The notes beneath the pieces are model-generated. The model worked only from the letters and a program-made list of their open reading frames with translations, had not been told where the DNA came from and made no database searches. This document shows positions 12,518 through 25,481 of a stretch of DNA of 64,000 nt, one piece after another. This DNA is from Eledone cirrhosa (taxonomy: Eukaryota), in assembly GCA_964016885.1 (NCBI GenBank), contig OZ024757.1, positions 43,028,001 to 43,092,000 of the forward strand, read 5' to 3'. A program made the position numbers and the translations under genes. The first letter of the stretch is position 1, and each line of letters starts with the position of its first letter.

Positions 12518-15500
12518 ACTGTACTGCGCATGCGCCAAGTCCACCAGGACGTAGTGCGCATGCGCCAAGGCCATCGGACCGTAGTGCGCATGCGCCAAGT
12601 CTGCCAGACCGTAGTGCGCATGCGCCAAAGCCACCGGACCGTACTGCGCATGTGCCAAGGCCACCGGAACGTAGTGCGCATGCGGCAAGGTCGCCGGACC
12701 GTAGTGCGCATGCGCCAAGACCGCCGGACCGTAGTGCGCGTGCGCCAAGGCCGCCAGACCGTAGTGCGCATGCGCCAAGGTCGCCGGGCCGTACTGCGCA
12801 TGCGCCAAGGCCGCCGGGCTGTAGTGCGCATGCCCCAATGCTGCTAGACCGTAGTGCGCATGCACCAAAGCCACCGGACCGTAGTGCGCATGCGCCAAGG
12901 CTGCCGGACCGTAGTGCGCATGCACCAAGGCCGCCGGACCGTTGTGCGCATGCGCAAAGAACGATGGCCATCTTAGTGAGCATGCGCCAAGGCCGCCGGA
13001 ACGTACTGCGCATGCGCTAAGGCCGCCGGACCTTACTGCGCATGCGCCAAGGCCACTGGACAGTACTGCGCATGCGTCAAGGCCACCAGAACGTAGTGCG
13101 CATGCGCCAAGGCCGCCGTACCGTTGTGCGCATGCGCAAATACCGCTGGCCCTTAGTGCGCATGCGCCATGGCCGCCGGACCTTACTGCGCATGCGCCAA
13201 GGCCACTGGACTGTAGTGCGCATGCCCCAAGGCCACTGGACAGTACTGCGCATGCGTCAAGGCCACCGGGCCGTAGTGCCCATGCGCCAAGGCCGCCGTA
13301 CCGTTGTGCGCATGCGCCAAGGCCGCTGGACCGTACTGCGCATGCGCAAAGGCCACCGGAACGTAGTGCGCATGCGCCAAGGCCGCCGGAACGTAGTGCG
13401 CATGCGCCAAGGCCGCCGGACCGTAGTGCGCATGCGCCAAGACTGACAGACCATAGTGCGCATGCGCCAAAGCCGCCAGACCTTACTGCGCATGCGCCAA
13501 GGCCACTGGAGCGTACTGCGCATGCGCCAAGGCCACCGGAAAGTAGTGCGCATGCGCCAAGGGCGCCGGACCGTAGTGCGCATGCGCCAAGGCTGCCAGA
13601 CCGTAGTGCGCATGCGCCAAGGCCGCCAGACCGTAGTGCGCATGCTCCAAGACCGCCGGATCTTACTGCGCATGCCCCAAGGCCGTCGGACCGTAGTGCG
13701 CATGTGCCAAGGCCGCCAGACCGTAGTGCGCATGCGCCAAGGCCGCCGAACCGTACTGCGCATGCGCCAAGGCCGCCGGACCTTTGTGCGCATGCGGTTC
13801 GGCGGCCTTGGCGCATGCGCACTACGGTCCGGCGACCTTCCCGCATGCGCACTACGTTCCGGCGGCTTTGGCGCATGCGCACTACGGTCTGGCAGCCTTG
13901 GCGCATGCGCACTACGGTCCGGCGGCCTTGGCGCATGCGCACTACGTTCCGGTGGCCTTGGCGCATGCGCAGTACGCTCCAGTGGCCTTGGCGCATGCGC
14001 AGTAAGGTCCGGCGGCTTTGGCGCATGCGCACTATGGTCTGTCAGTCTTGGCGCATGCGCACTACGGTCCGGCGGCCTTGGCGCATGCGCACTACGTTCC
14101 GGCGGCCTTGGCGCATGCGCACTACGTTCCGGTGGCCTTTGCGCATGCGCAGTACGGTCCAGCGGCCTTGGCGCATGCGCACAACGGTACGGCGGCCTTG
14201 GCGCATGCGCACTACGTTCCGGTGGCCTTGACGCATGCGCAGTACTGTCCAGTGGCCTTGGGGCATGCGCACTACAGTCCGGTGGCCTTGGCGCATGCGC
14301 AGTAAGGTCCGGCGGCCATGGCGCATGCGCACTAAGGGCCAGCGGTCTTTGCGCATGCGCACAACGGTACGGCGGCCTTGGCGCATGCGCACTACGTTCT
14401 GGTGGCCTTGACGCATGCGCAGTACTGTCCAGTGGCCTTGGCGCATGCGCAGTAAGGTCCGGCGGCCTTAGCGCATGCGCAGTACGTTCCGGCGGCCTTG
14501 GCGCATGCGCACTACGGTTCGGCGGCTCTGGCGCATGCGCACTACGGTCCGGCGGTCTTGGTGCATGCGCAGTACGGTACTGGGACCTTGATGCATGCGC
14601 AGTACAGTCAGGCGGCCTTGGCGCATGCGCACTACGGTCCGGCGGCCTTGGCGCATGCGCAGTACGGTCCGGCGGCCTTAGCGCATGCGCAGTTCGGTAC
14701 TGCGACCTTGACGCATGCGCAGTACAGTCAGGCGGCCTTGGCACATGCGCACTACGGTCCGGCGGCCTTGGCGCATGCGCAGTATGGTCCGACGGCCTTG
14801 GCGCATGTGCACTATGTATCGGCGGCCTTGGCGCATGCGCACTACGGTTCGGCGGCTTTGGCGCATGCGCACTACGGTCATATGGCCTTGGCGCATGCGC
14901 ACTACGGTACTGCGGCCTTGTCGCATGCGCAGTACGGTACTGCGGACTTGGCGCATGCGCAGTACGGTCAGGCGGCTTTGGCCCATGCGCACTACGGTCC
15001 GGCGGGCTTGGCGCATGCGCAGTATGGTCCGTCGACCTTGACGCATGCGCACTACGGTTCGGCGGCTCTGGCGCATGCGCACTGCGGTCCGGCGGCCTTG
15101 GCGCATGCGCAGTACGGTCCGGCGGCCTTAGCGCATGCGCAGTTCGGTACTGGGACCTTGACGCATGCGCAGTACAGTCAGGCGGCCTTGGCGCATGCGC
15201 ACTACGGTCCGGCGGCCTTGGCGCATGCGCAGTACGGTCCGGCGGCCTTAACGCATGCGCAGTTCGGTACTGCGACCTTGACGCATGCGCAGTACAGTCA
15301 GGCGGCCTTGGCGCATGCGCATTACGATCCGGCGGCCTTAGCGCATGCGCAGTTCAGTACTGCGACCTTGACGCATGCGCAGTACAGTCAGGTGGCCTTG
15401 GCGCATGCGCACTACGGGCCCGCGTCTTTGGCGCATGCGCACTACGGCCCGGCGGCCTTGGCGCATGCGCAGTATGGTCCGGCGGCCTTGGCGCATGCGC

Positions 15501-17147
15501 ACTACGGTTCGGCGGCTCTGGCGCATGCGCACTACGGTCCGGCGGTCTTGGTGCATGCGCAGTACGGTACTGGGACTTTGATGCATGCGCAGTACAGTCA
15601 GGCGGCCTTGGCGCATGCGCACTACGGTCCGGCGGCCTTGGCGCATGCGCAGTACGGTGCGCAAAGAACGATGGCCCTTAGTGCGCATGCGCCAAGGCCG
15701 CCGGAACGTACTGCGCATGCGCTAAGGCCGCCGGACCTTACTGCGCATGCGCCAAGGCCACTGGACAGTACTGCGCATGCGTCAAGGCCACCGGAACGTA
15801 GTGCGCATGCGCCAAGGTTGCCGTACCATTGTGCGCATGCGCAAAGACCGCTGGCCCTTAGTGCGCATGCGCCATGGCCGACGGACCTTAGTGCGCATGC
15901 GCTAAGGCCGCCGGGCCTTACTGCGCATGCGCCAAGGCCACTGGACTGTATTGCGCAGGCGCCAAGGCCAGCAGGACGTAGTGCGCATGCGCCAAGGCCA
16001 TCGGACCGTAGTGCGCATGCGCCAAGTCTGCCAGACCGTAGTGCGCATGCGCCAAAGCCACCGGACCGTACTGCGCATGTGCCAAGGCCACCGGAAAGTA
16101 GTGCGCATGCGGCAAGGTCGCCGGACCGTAGTGCGCATGCGCCAAGACCGCCGGACCGTAGTGCGCGTGCGCCAAGGCCGCCAGACCGTAGTGCGCATGC
16201 GCCAAGGTCGCTCGGCCGTACTGCGCATGCGCCAAGGCCGCCGGGCTGTAGTGCGCATGCCCCAATGCTGCTAGACCGTAGTGCGCATGCACCAAAGCCG
16301 CCGGACCGTAGTGCGCATGTGCCAAGGCCGCCTGACTGTACTGCGCATGCGTCAAGGTCGCAGTACCGAACTGCGCATGCGCTAAGGCCGCCGGACCGTA
16401 GTGCGCATGCGCCAAGGCCGCCTGACTGTACTGCGCATGCATCAAGGTCCCAGTACCGTACTGCGCATGCACCAAGACCGCCGGACCGTAGTGCGCATGC
16501 GCCAGAGCCGCCGAACCGTAGTGCGCACAACGCATGCGCACAACGGTACGGCGGCCTTGGCGCATGCGCACTACGTTCTGGTGGCCTTGACGCATGCGCA
16601 GTACTGTCCAGTGGCCTTGGCGCATGCGCAGTAAGGTCCGGCGGCCTTAGCGCATGCGCAGTACGTTCCGGCGGCCTTGGCGCATGCGCACTAAGGGCCA
16701 TCGTTCTTTGCGCATGCGCACAACGGTCCGGCGGCCTTGGTGCATGCGCACTACGGTCCGGCAGCCTTGGCGCATGCGCACTACGGTCCGGTGGATTTGG
16801 TGCATGCGCACTACGGTCTAGCAGCATTGGGGCATGCGCACTACAGCCCAGCTGCCTTGGCGCATGCGCAGTACGGCCCGGCGACCTTGGCGCATGCGCA
16901 CTACGGTCTGGCGGCCTTGGCGCACGCGCACTACGGTCCGGCGGTCTTGGCGCATGCGCACTACGGTCCGGCGACCTTGACGCATGCGCACTACGTTCCG
17001 GTGGCCTTGGCACATGCGCAGTACGGTCCGGTGGCTTTGGCGCATGCGCACTACGGTCTGGCAGACTTGGCGCATGCGCACTACGGTCCGATGGCCTTGG
17101 CGCATGCGCACTACGTCCTGGTGGCCTTGGCGCATGCGCAGTACAGT

Positions 17148-17380
17148 CCATATTTAGCCATTTTGAGTTATTTTAGTAATTTATGATGCAGTTTAACCAT
17201 TTTAGAGCCATTTATAGTCATTTTAGACGTTTCAGTCGTGTTAGAGTCATTCTAGTCAATTATGATACGGTTTTAGCATTTTATTGTCACTTTAGTCATT
17301 TATTATGCCGTCTTAGCCATTTTGTTGTAATTTCAGACATACATGATGACATTTCGGCCATGCTAGTCCTTTTTGATGAC
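17148..17380 (+). repeat. AT-rich spacer, 233-bp form
   Basis: Matches 5401-5633 (catgctag vs catgttag SNP). Confidence 0.95.
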
Positions 17381-20300
17381 GTGCCCATGCGCCAAGACCG
17401 CCAGACCTTACTGCGCACGCGCCGAGACGGCGTGATCGTAGTGCGCATGCGCCAAAGCCGCCTAACCGTAGTGCGCATGCGCCAAGGCCGCCGATACATA
17501 GTGCACATGCGCCAAGGCCGTCGGACTATACTGCGCATGCGCCAAGGGCGCCGGACCGTTGTGCGCATGCGCCAAGGCCGCCTGACTGTACTGCGCATGC
17601 GTCAAGGTCGCATTACCGAACTGCGCATGCGCTAAGGCCGCCGGACCGTACTGCGCATGCGCCAAGGCCACCTGACTGTACTGCGCATGCGTCAAGAACG
17701 CAGTACCGAACTGCGCATGCGCTAAGGCCGCCGGACCGTACTGCGCATGCGCCAAGGCCGCCGGACCGTAGTACGCATGCGCCAAGGCCGCCTGACTGTA
17801 CTGCGCATGCATCAAGGTCCCAGTACCGTACTGCGCATGCACCAAGACCGCCGGACCGTAGTGCGCATGCGCCAGAGCCGCCGAACCGTAGTGCGCATGC
17901 GCCAAGGCCGCCGATACATAGTGCACATGCGCCAAGGCCGTCGGACCATACTGCGCATGCGCCAAGGCCGCCGGACCGTAGTGCGCATGTGCCAAGGCCG
18001 CCTGACTGTACTGCGCATGCGTCAAGGTCGCAGTACCGAACTGCGCATGCGCTAAGGCCGCCGGACCGTACTGCGCATGCGCCAAGGCCACCTGACTGTA
18101 CTGAGCATGCGTCAAGGTCGCAGTACCGAACTGCGCATGCGCTAAGGCCGCCGGACCGTACTGCCCATGCGCCAAGGCCGCCGGACCGTAGTGCGCATGC
18201 GCCAAGGCCGCCTGACTGTACTGCGCATGCATCAAGGTCCCAGTACCGTACTGCGCATGCACCAAGACCGCCGGACCGTAGTGCGCATGCGCCAGAGCCG
18301 CCGGACCGTAGTGCGCATGCGCCAAAGACGCCGGACCGTAGTGCGCATGCGCCAAGGCCACCTGACTGTACTGCGCATGCGTCAAGGTCGCAGTACCGAA
18401 CTGCGCATGCGCTAAAGCCGCCGGACCGTACTGCGCGTGCGCCAAGGCCGCCTGACTGTACTGCGCATGCGTCAAGGTCGCAGTACCGAACTGCGCATGC
18501 GTTAAGGCCGCCGGACCGTACTGCGCATGTGCCAAGGCCGCCGGACCGTAGTGCGCATGCGCCAAAGCCGCCGAACCGTACTGCGCATGCGCCAAGGCCG
18601 CCGGACCGTAGTGTGCATGCGCCAAGACCGACTGACTGTACTGCGCATGCGTCAAGGTCCCAGTACCGAACTGCGCATGCGCTAAGGCCGCCGGACCGTA
18701 GTGCGCATGCGCCAAGGCGGCCGAACCGTACTGCGCATGCGCCAAGGCCGCCGGACCTTTGTGCGCATGCGGTTCGGCGGCCTTGGCGCATGCGCACTAC
18801 GGTTCGGCGACCTTTTCGCATGCGCACTACGTTCCGGTGGCCTTGGCACATGCGTAGTACGGTCCGGCGGCTTTGGCGCATGCGCACTACGGTCTGGCAG
18901 CCTTGGCGCATGCGCACTACGGTCCGGCGGCCTTGGCGCATGCGCACTACGTTCCGGTGGCCTTGGCGCATGCGCAGTACGCTCCAGTAGCCTTGGCGCA
19001 TGTGCAGTAAGGTCCGGCGGCTTTGGCGCATGCGCACTATGGTCTGTCAGTCTTGGCGCATGCGCACTACGGTCCGGCGGCCTTCGCGCATGCGGACTAC
19101 GTTCCGGCGGCCTTGGCGCATGCACACTACGTTCCGGTGGCCTTTGCGCATGCGCAGTACGGTCCAGCGGCCTTGGCGCATGCGCACAACGGTACGGCGG
19201 CCTTGGCGCATGCGCACTACGTTCCGGTGGCCTTGGCGCATGCGCAGTACTGTCCAGTGGCCTTGGCGCATGCGCAGTAAGGTCCGACAGCCTTAGCGCA
19301 TGCGCAGTACGTTCCGGCGGCCTTGGCGCATGAGCACTAAGGGCCATCGTTCTTTGCGCATGCGCACAACGGTCCGGCGGCCTTGGTGCATGCGCACTAC
19401 GGTCCGGCGGCCTTGGCGCATGCGCACTACGGTCCGGCGGCTTTGGTGCATACGCACTACGGTCTAGCAGCATTGGGGCATACGCACTAAAGCCCGGCGG
19501 CCTTGGCGCATGCGCAGTACGGCCCGGCGACCTTGGCGCATGCGCACTACGGTCTGGCGGCCTTGGCGCACGCGCACTACAGTCCGGCGGTCTTGGCGCA
19601 TGCGCACTACGGTCCGGCGACCTTGCCGCATGCGCACTACGTTCCGGTGGCCTTGGCACATGCGCAGTACGGTCCGGTGGCTTTGGCGCATGCGCACTAC
19701 GGTCTGGCAGACTTGGCGCATGCGCACTACGGTCCGATGGCCTTGCCGCATGCGGCCTGAGCGCATGCGCAGTACGTTCCGGCGGCCTTGGCGCATGCGC
19801 ACTAAGGACCATTGTTCTTTGCGCATGCGCACAACTGTCCGGCGGCCTTGGTGCATGCGCACTAAGGGCCAGCGGTCTTTGCGCATGCGCACAACGGTCC
19901 GGCGGCCTTGGCGCATGCACACTACGGCACGGCGGCCTTGGCGCATGCGCACTACGGTCTGGCAGCATTGGCGCATGCACACTACGGTCCGGCGGTCTTG
20001 GCGCATGCGCACTACGGTCCGGCGACCTTGCCGCATGCGCACTACGTTCCGGTGGCCTTGGCACATGCGCAGTACGGTCCGGTGGCTTTAGCGCATTCGT
20101 ACTACGGTCTGGCAGACTTGGCGCATGCGCACTACGGTCCGATGGCATTGGCGCGTGCGCACTACGGTCCAGTGGCCTTGGCGCATGCGCACAACGGTCC
20201 GGCGGCCTTGGCGCATGCGCACTACGGTCCGGCAGCTTTGGTGCATGCGCACTACGGTCTGGCAGCATTGGCGCATGCGCACTACGGTCCGGCGGCCTTG

Positions 20301-20501
20301 GCGCATGCGCAGTACGGCCCGGCGGCCTTGGCGCATGTGCACTACGGTCTGGCGGCCTTGGCGCATGCGCACTACGGTCCGGCGGCCTTGGCGCATGCGC
20401 ACTACGGTCCGGCGGCGTTGGCGCATGCGCACTACGGTTCGGAGGCCTTGGCGCATGCGCACGACGGTCCGAAGTCCTTGACGCATGTGCAGTACGGTCC
20501 G

Positions 20502-20768
20502 GATGACTTTTTAGCCATTTTAAGCCTTTATGTTGCCATATTTAGCCATTTTGAGTTATTTTAGAAATTTATGATGCAGTTTAACCATTTTAGAGCCATT
20601 TATAGTCATTTTAGACGTTTCAGTCGTGTTAGAGTCATTCTAGTCAATTATGATACGGTTTTAGCATTTTATTGTCACTTTAGGCATTTATTATGCCGTC
20701 TTAGCCATTTTGTTGTAATTTCAGACATACATGATGACATTTCGGCCATGTTAGTCCTTTTTGATGAC
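20502..20768 (+). repeat. AT-rich spacer, 267-bp (longest) form
   Basis: Medium spacer plus the 5' extension gatgactttttagccattttaagcctttatgttg. Confidence 0.95.
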
Positions 20769-23700
20769 GTGCCCATGCGCCAAGACCGCCAGACCGTACT
20801 GCGCACGCGCCGAGACGGCCTGATCGTAGTGCGCATGCGCCAAAGCCGCCTAACCGTAGTGCGCATGCGCCAAGGCCGCCGATACATAGTGCACATGCGC
20901 CAAGGCCGTCGGACCATACTGCGCATGCGCCAAGGGCGCCGGACCGTTGTGCGCATGCGCCAAGGCCACCTGACTGTACTGCGCATGCGTCAAGGTCGCA
21001 GTACCGAACTGCGTATGCGCTAAGGCCGCCGGACCGTAGTGCGCATGCACCAAGGCCGCCGGACCGTTGTGCGCATGCGCAAAGAACGATGGCCCTTAGT
21101 GCGCATGCGCCAAGGCCGTCGGAACGTACTGCGCATGCGCTAAGGCCGCCGGACCTTACTGCGCATGCGCCAAGGCCACTGGACAGTACTGCGCATGCGC
21201 CAAGGCCACCGGAACGTAGTGCGCATGCGCCAAGGCCGCCGGAACGTAGTGCGCATGCGCGAAGGCCGCCGGACCGTAGTGCGCATGCGCCAAAACTGAC
21301 AGACCATAGTGCGCATGCGCCAAAGCCGCCGGACCTTACTGCGCATGCGCCAAGGCCACTGGAGCGTACTGCGCATGCGCCAAGGCCACCGGAACGTAGT
21401 GCGCGCCGCCGGACCGTAGTGCGCATGCGCCAATGCTGCCAGACCGTAGTGCGCATGCACCAAAGCCGCCGGACCGTAGTGTGCAGGCGCCAAGGCCGCC
21501 GGGCCGTAGTGTGCATGCGCCAAGGCCGCCGGACCGTTGTGCGCATGCGCAAAGACCGCTGACCCTTAGTGCGCATGCGCCATGGCCGCCGGACCTTACT
21601 GCGCATGCGCTAAGGCCGCCGGACCTCACTGCGCATGCGCCAAGGCCACTGGACTGTACTGCGCATGCGCCAAGGCCACCAGGACGTAGTGCGCATGCGC
21701 CAAGGCCATCGGACCGTAGTGCGCATGCTTCAAGTCTGCCAGACCGTAGTGCGCATGCGCCAAAGCCACCAGACCGTACTGCGCATGTGCCAAGGCCACC
21801 GGAACGTAGTGCGCATGCGGCAAGGCCGCCGGACCGTAGTGCGCATGCGCCAAGACCGCCGGACCGTAGTGCGCGTGCGCCAAGGCCGCCAGACCGTAGT
21901 GCGCATGCGCCAAGGTCGCCGGGCCGTACTGCGCATGCGCCAAGGCCGCCGGGCTGTAGTGCGCATGCTCCAATGCTGCTAGACCGTAGTGCGCATGCAC
22001 CAAAGCCGCCGGACCGTAGTGCGCATGCGCCAAGGCCGCCGGACCGTAGTGCGCATGCACCAAGGCCGCCGGACCGTTGTGCGCATGCGCAAAGAACGAT
22101 GGCCCTTAGTGCGCATGCGCCAAGGCCGCCGGAACGTACTGCGCATGCGCTAAGGCCGCCGGACCTTACTGCGCATGCGCCAAGGCCACTGGACAGTACT
22201 GCGCATGCGTCAAGGCCACCGGAACGTAGTGCGCATGCGCCAAGTCCGCCGTACCATTGTGCGCATGCGCAAAGACCGCTGGCCCTTAGTGCGCATGCGC
22301 CATGGCCGCCGGACCTTACTGCGCATGCGCTAAGGCCGCCGGGCCTTACTGCGCATGCGCCAAGGCCACTGGACTGTACTGTGCAGGCGCCAAGGCCAGC
22401 AGGACGTAGTGCGCATGCGCCAAGGCCATCGGACCGTAGTGCGCATGCGCCAAGTCTGCCAGACCGTAGTGCGCATGCGCCAAAGCCACCGGACCGTACT
22501 GCGCATGTGCCAAGGCCACCGGAACGTAGTGCGCATGCGGCAAGGTCGCCGGACCGTAGTGCGCATGCGCCAAGACCGCCGGACCGTAGTGCGCGTGCGC
22601 CAAGGCCGCCAGACCGTAGGGCGCATGCGCCAAGGTCGCCGGGCCGTACTGCGCATGCGCCAAGGCCGCCGGGCTGTAGTGCGCATGCCCCAATGCTGCT
22701 AGACCGTAGTGCGCATGCACCAAAGCCGCCGGACCGTAGTGCGCATGCGCCAAGGCCGCCGGACCGTAGTGCGCATGCACCAAGGCCGCCGGACCGTTGT
22801 GCGCATGCGCAAAGAACGATGGCCCTTCGTGCGCATGCGCCAAGGCCGCCGGAACGTACTGCGCATGCGCTAAGGCTGCCGGACCTTACTGCGCATGCGC
22901 CAAGGCCACTGGACAGTACTGCGCATGCGCCAAGGCCACCGGAACGTAGTGCGCATGCACCAAAGCCGCCGGACCGTTGTGCGCATGCGCAAAGACCGCT
23001 GGCCCTTAGTGCGCATGCGCCATGGCCGCCGGACCTTACTGCGCATGCGATAAGGCCACTGGACCGTAGTGCGCATGCGCTAACGCTGCCGGACCTTACT
23101 GCGCATGCGCCAAGGCCACTGGACAGTACTGCGCATGCGCCAAGGCCACCGGAACGTAGTGCGCATGCGCCAAGGCCGCCGGAACGTAGTGCGCATGCGG
23201 GAAGGTTGCCGGACAGTAGTGCGCATGCGCCAAGGCCACCGAACCGCATGCGCACAAAGATCCGGCGGCCTTGGCGCATGCGCAGTACGGTTCGGCGGCC
23301 TTGGCGCATGCGCACTACGGTCTGGCGGCCTTGGCACATGCGCACTACCATCCGACGGCATTGGGGCATGCGCAGTAAGATCCGGCGGCCTTGGAGCATG
23401 CGCACTACGGTCTGGCGGCCTTGGCACATGCGCACTACGGTCCGACGGCCTTGGGGCATGCGCAGTACGATCCGGCGGTCTTGGTGCATGCGCAGTACCG
23501 TCCGGTGGCCTTGGCGCATGCGCACTACGGTGCAGCTGCTTTGGCGCATGCGCAGTACGGTTCGGCGGCCTTAGCGCATGCGCACTACGGTCCGGCGGGC
23601 TTGGCACATGCGCAGTATGGTCCGGCGACCTTGACGCAGGCGCACTACGGTTCGGCGGCTCTGGCGCATGCGCACTGCGGTCCGGCGGCCTTGGCGCATA

Positions 23701-25214
23701 CGCAGTACGGTCCGGCGGCCTTAGCGCATGCGCAGTTCGGTACTGGGACCTTGACGCATGCGCAGTACAGTCAGGCGGCCTTGGCGCATGCGCACTACGG
23801 TCCGGCGGCCTTGGCGCCTGCGCAGTACAGTCCAGTGGCCTTGGCGCATGCGCAGTAAGGCCCGGCGGCCTTAGCGCATGCGCAGTAAGGTCCGGCGGCC
23901 ATGGCGCATGCGCACTAAGGGCCAGCGGTCTTTGCGCATGCGCACAATGGTACGGCGGCCTTGGCGCATGCGCACTACGTTCCGGTGGCCTTGACGCATG
24001 CGCAGTACTGTCCAGTGGCCTTGGCGCATGCGCAGTAAGGTCCGGCGGCCTTAGCGCATGCGCAGTACGTTCCGGCGGCCTTGGCGCATGTGCACTAAGG
24101 GCCATCGTTCTTTGTGCATGCGCACAACGGTCCGGCAGCCTTGGTGCATGCGCACTACGGTCCGGCGGCCTTGGCGCATGCGCACTACGGTCCGGCGGCT
24201 TTGGTGCATGCGCACTACGGTCTAGCAGCATTGGAGCATGCGCGCTACAGCCCGGCGGCCTTGGCGCATGCACAGTACGGCCCGGCGACCTTGGCGCATG
24301 CGCACTACGGTCTGGCGGCCTTGGCGCACGCGCACTACGGTCCGGCGGTCTTGGCGCATGCGCACTACGGTCCGGCGACCTTGCCGCATGCGCACTACGT
24401 TCTGGTGGCCTTGGCACATGCGCAGTACGGTCCGGTGGCTTTGGCGCATGCGCACTACGGTCTGGCAGACTTGGCGCATGCGCACTACGGTCCGATGGCC
24501 TTGGCGCATGTGCACTACGTCCTGGTGGCCTTGGCGCATGCGCAGTACAGTCCAGTGGCCTTGGCGCATGCGCAGTGAGGTCCGGCGGCCTTAGCGCATG
24601 CGCAGTAAGGTCCGGCGGCCATGGCGCATGCGCACTAAGGGTCAGCGGTCTTTTCGCATGCGCACAACGGTCCGGCGGCCTTGGCGCATGCACACTACGG
24701 CCCGGCGGCCTTGGCGCCTGCGCACTACGGTCCGGCGGCTTTGGTGCATGCGCACTACGGTCTGGCAGCATTGGCGCATGCGCACTACGGTCTGGCAGAC
24801 TTGGCGCATGCGCACTACGGTCCGATGGCCTTGGCGCGTGCGCACTACGTTCTGGTGGCCTTGGCGCATGCACAGTACGGTCCAGTGGCCTTGGCGCATG
24901 CGCACAACGGTCCGGCGGCCTTGGCGCATGCGCACTACGGTCCGGCAGCTTTGGTGCATGCGCACTACGGTCTGGCAGCATTGGCGCATGCGCACTACGG
25001 TCCGGGGGCCTTGGCGCATGCGCAGTACGGCCCGGCGGCCTTGGCGCATGCGCACTACGGTCTGGCGGCCTTGGCGCATGCGCACTACGGTCCGGCGGCC
25101 TTGGCGCATGCGCACTACGGTCCGGCGGCGTTGGCGCATGCGCACTACGGTTCGGAGGCCTTGGCGCATGCGCACTACGGTCCGACGTCCTTGACGCATG
25201 TGCAGTACGGTCCG

Positions 25215-25481
25215 GATGACTTTTTAGCCATTTTAAGCCTTTGTGTTGCCATATTTAGCCATTTTGAGTTATTTTAGTAATTTATGATGCAGTTTAACCA
25301 TTTTAGAGCCATTTATAGTCATTTTAGACGTTTCAGTCGAGTTAGAGTCATTCTAGTCAATTATGATACGGTTTTAGCATTTTATTGTCACTTTAGTCAT
25401 TTATTATGCCGTCTTAGCCATTTTGTTGTAATTTCAGACATACATGATGACATTTCGGCCATGTTAGTCCTTTTTGATGAC
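25215..25481 (+). repeat. AT-rich spacer, 267-bp form
   Basis: As 20502-20768, with the ctttgtgttg variant. Confidence 0.95.

Larger units (their letters stand above)
8040..13985. repeat. Direct duplication of ~2.3 kb at offset 3,594 (~8040-10390 and ~11635-13985)
   Basis: Shared private variants (gtgcccatg at 9682/13276; aaataccg at 9544/13138; catgtgcag at 8481/12075) and a constant ORF offset of 3,594. Confidence 0.9.
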
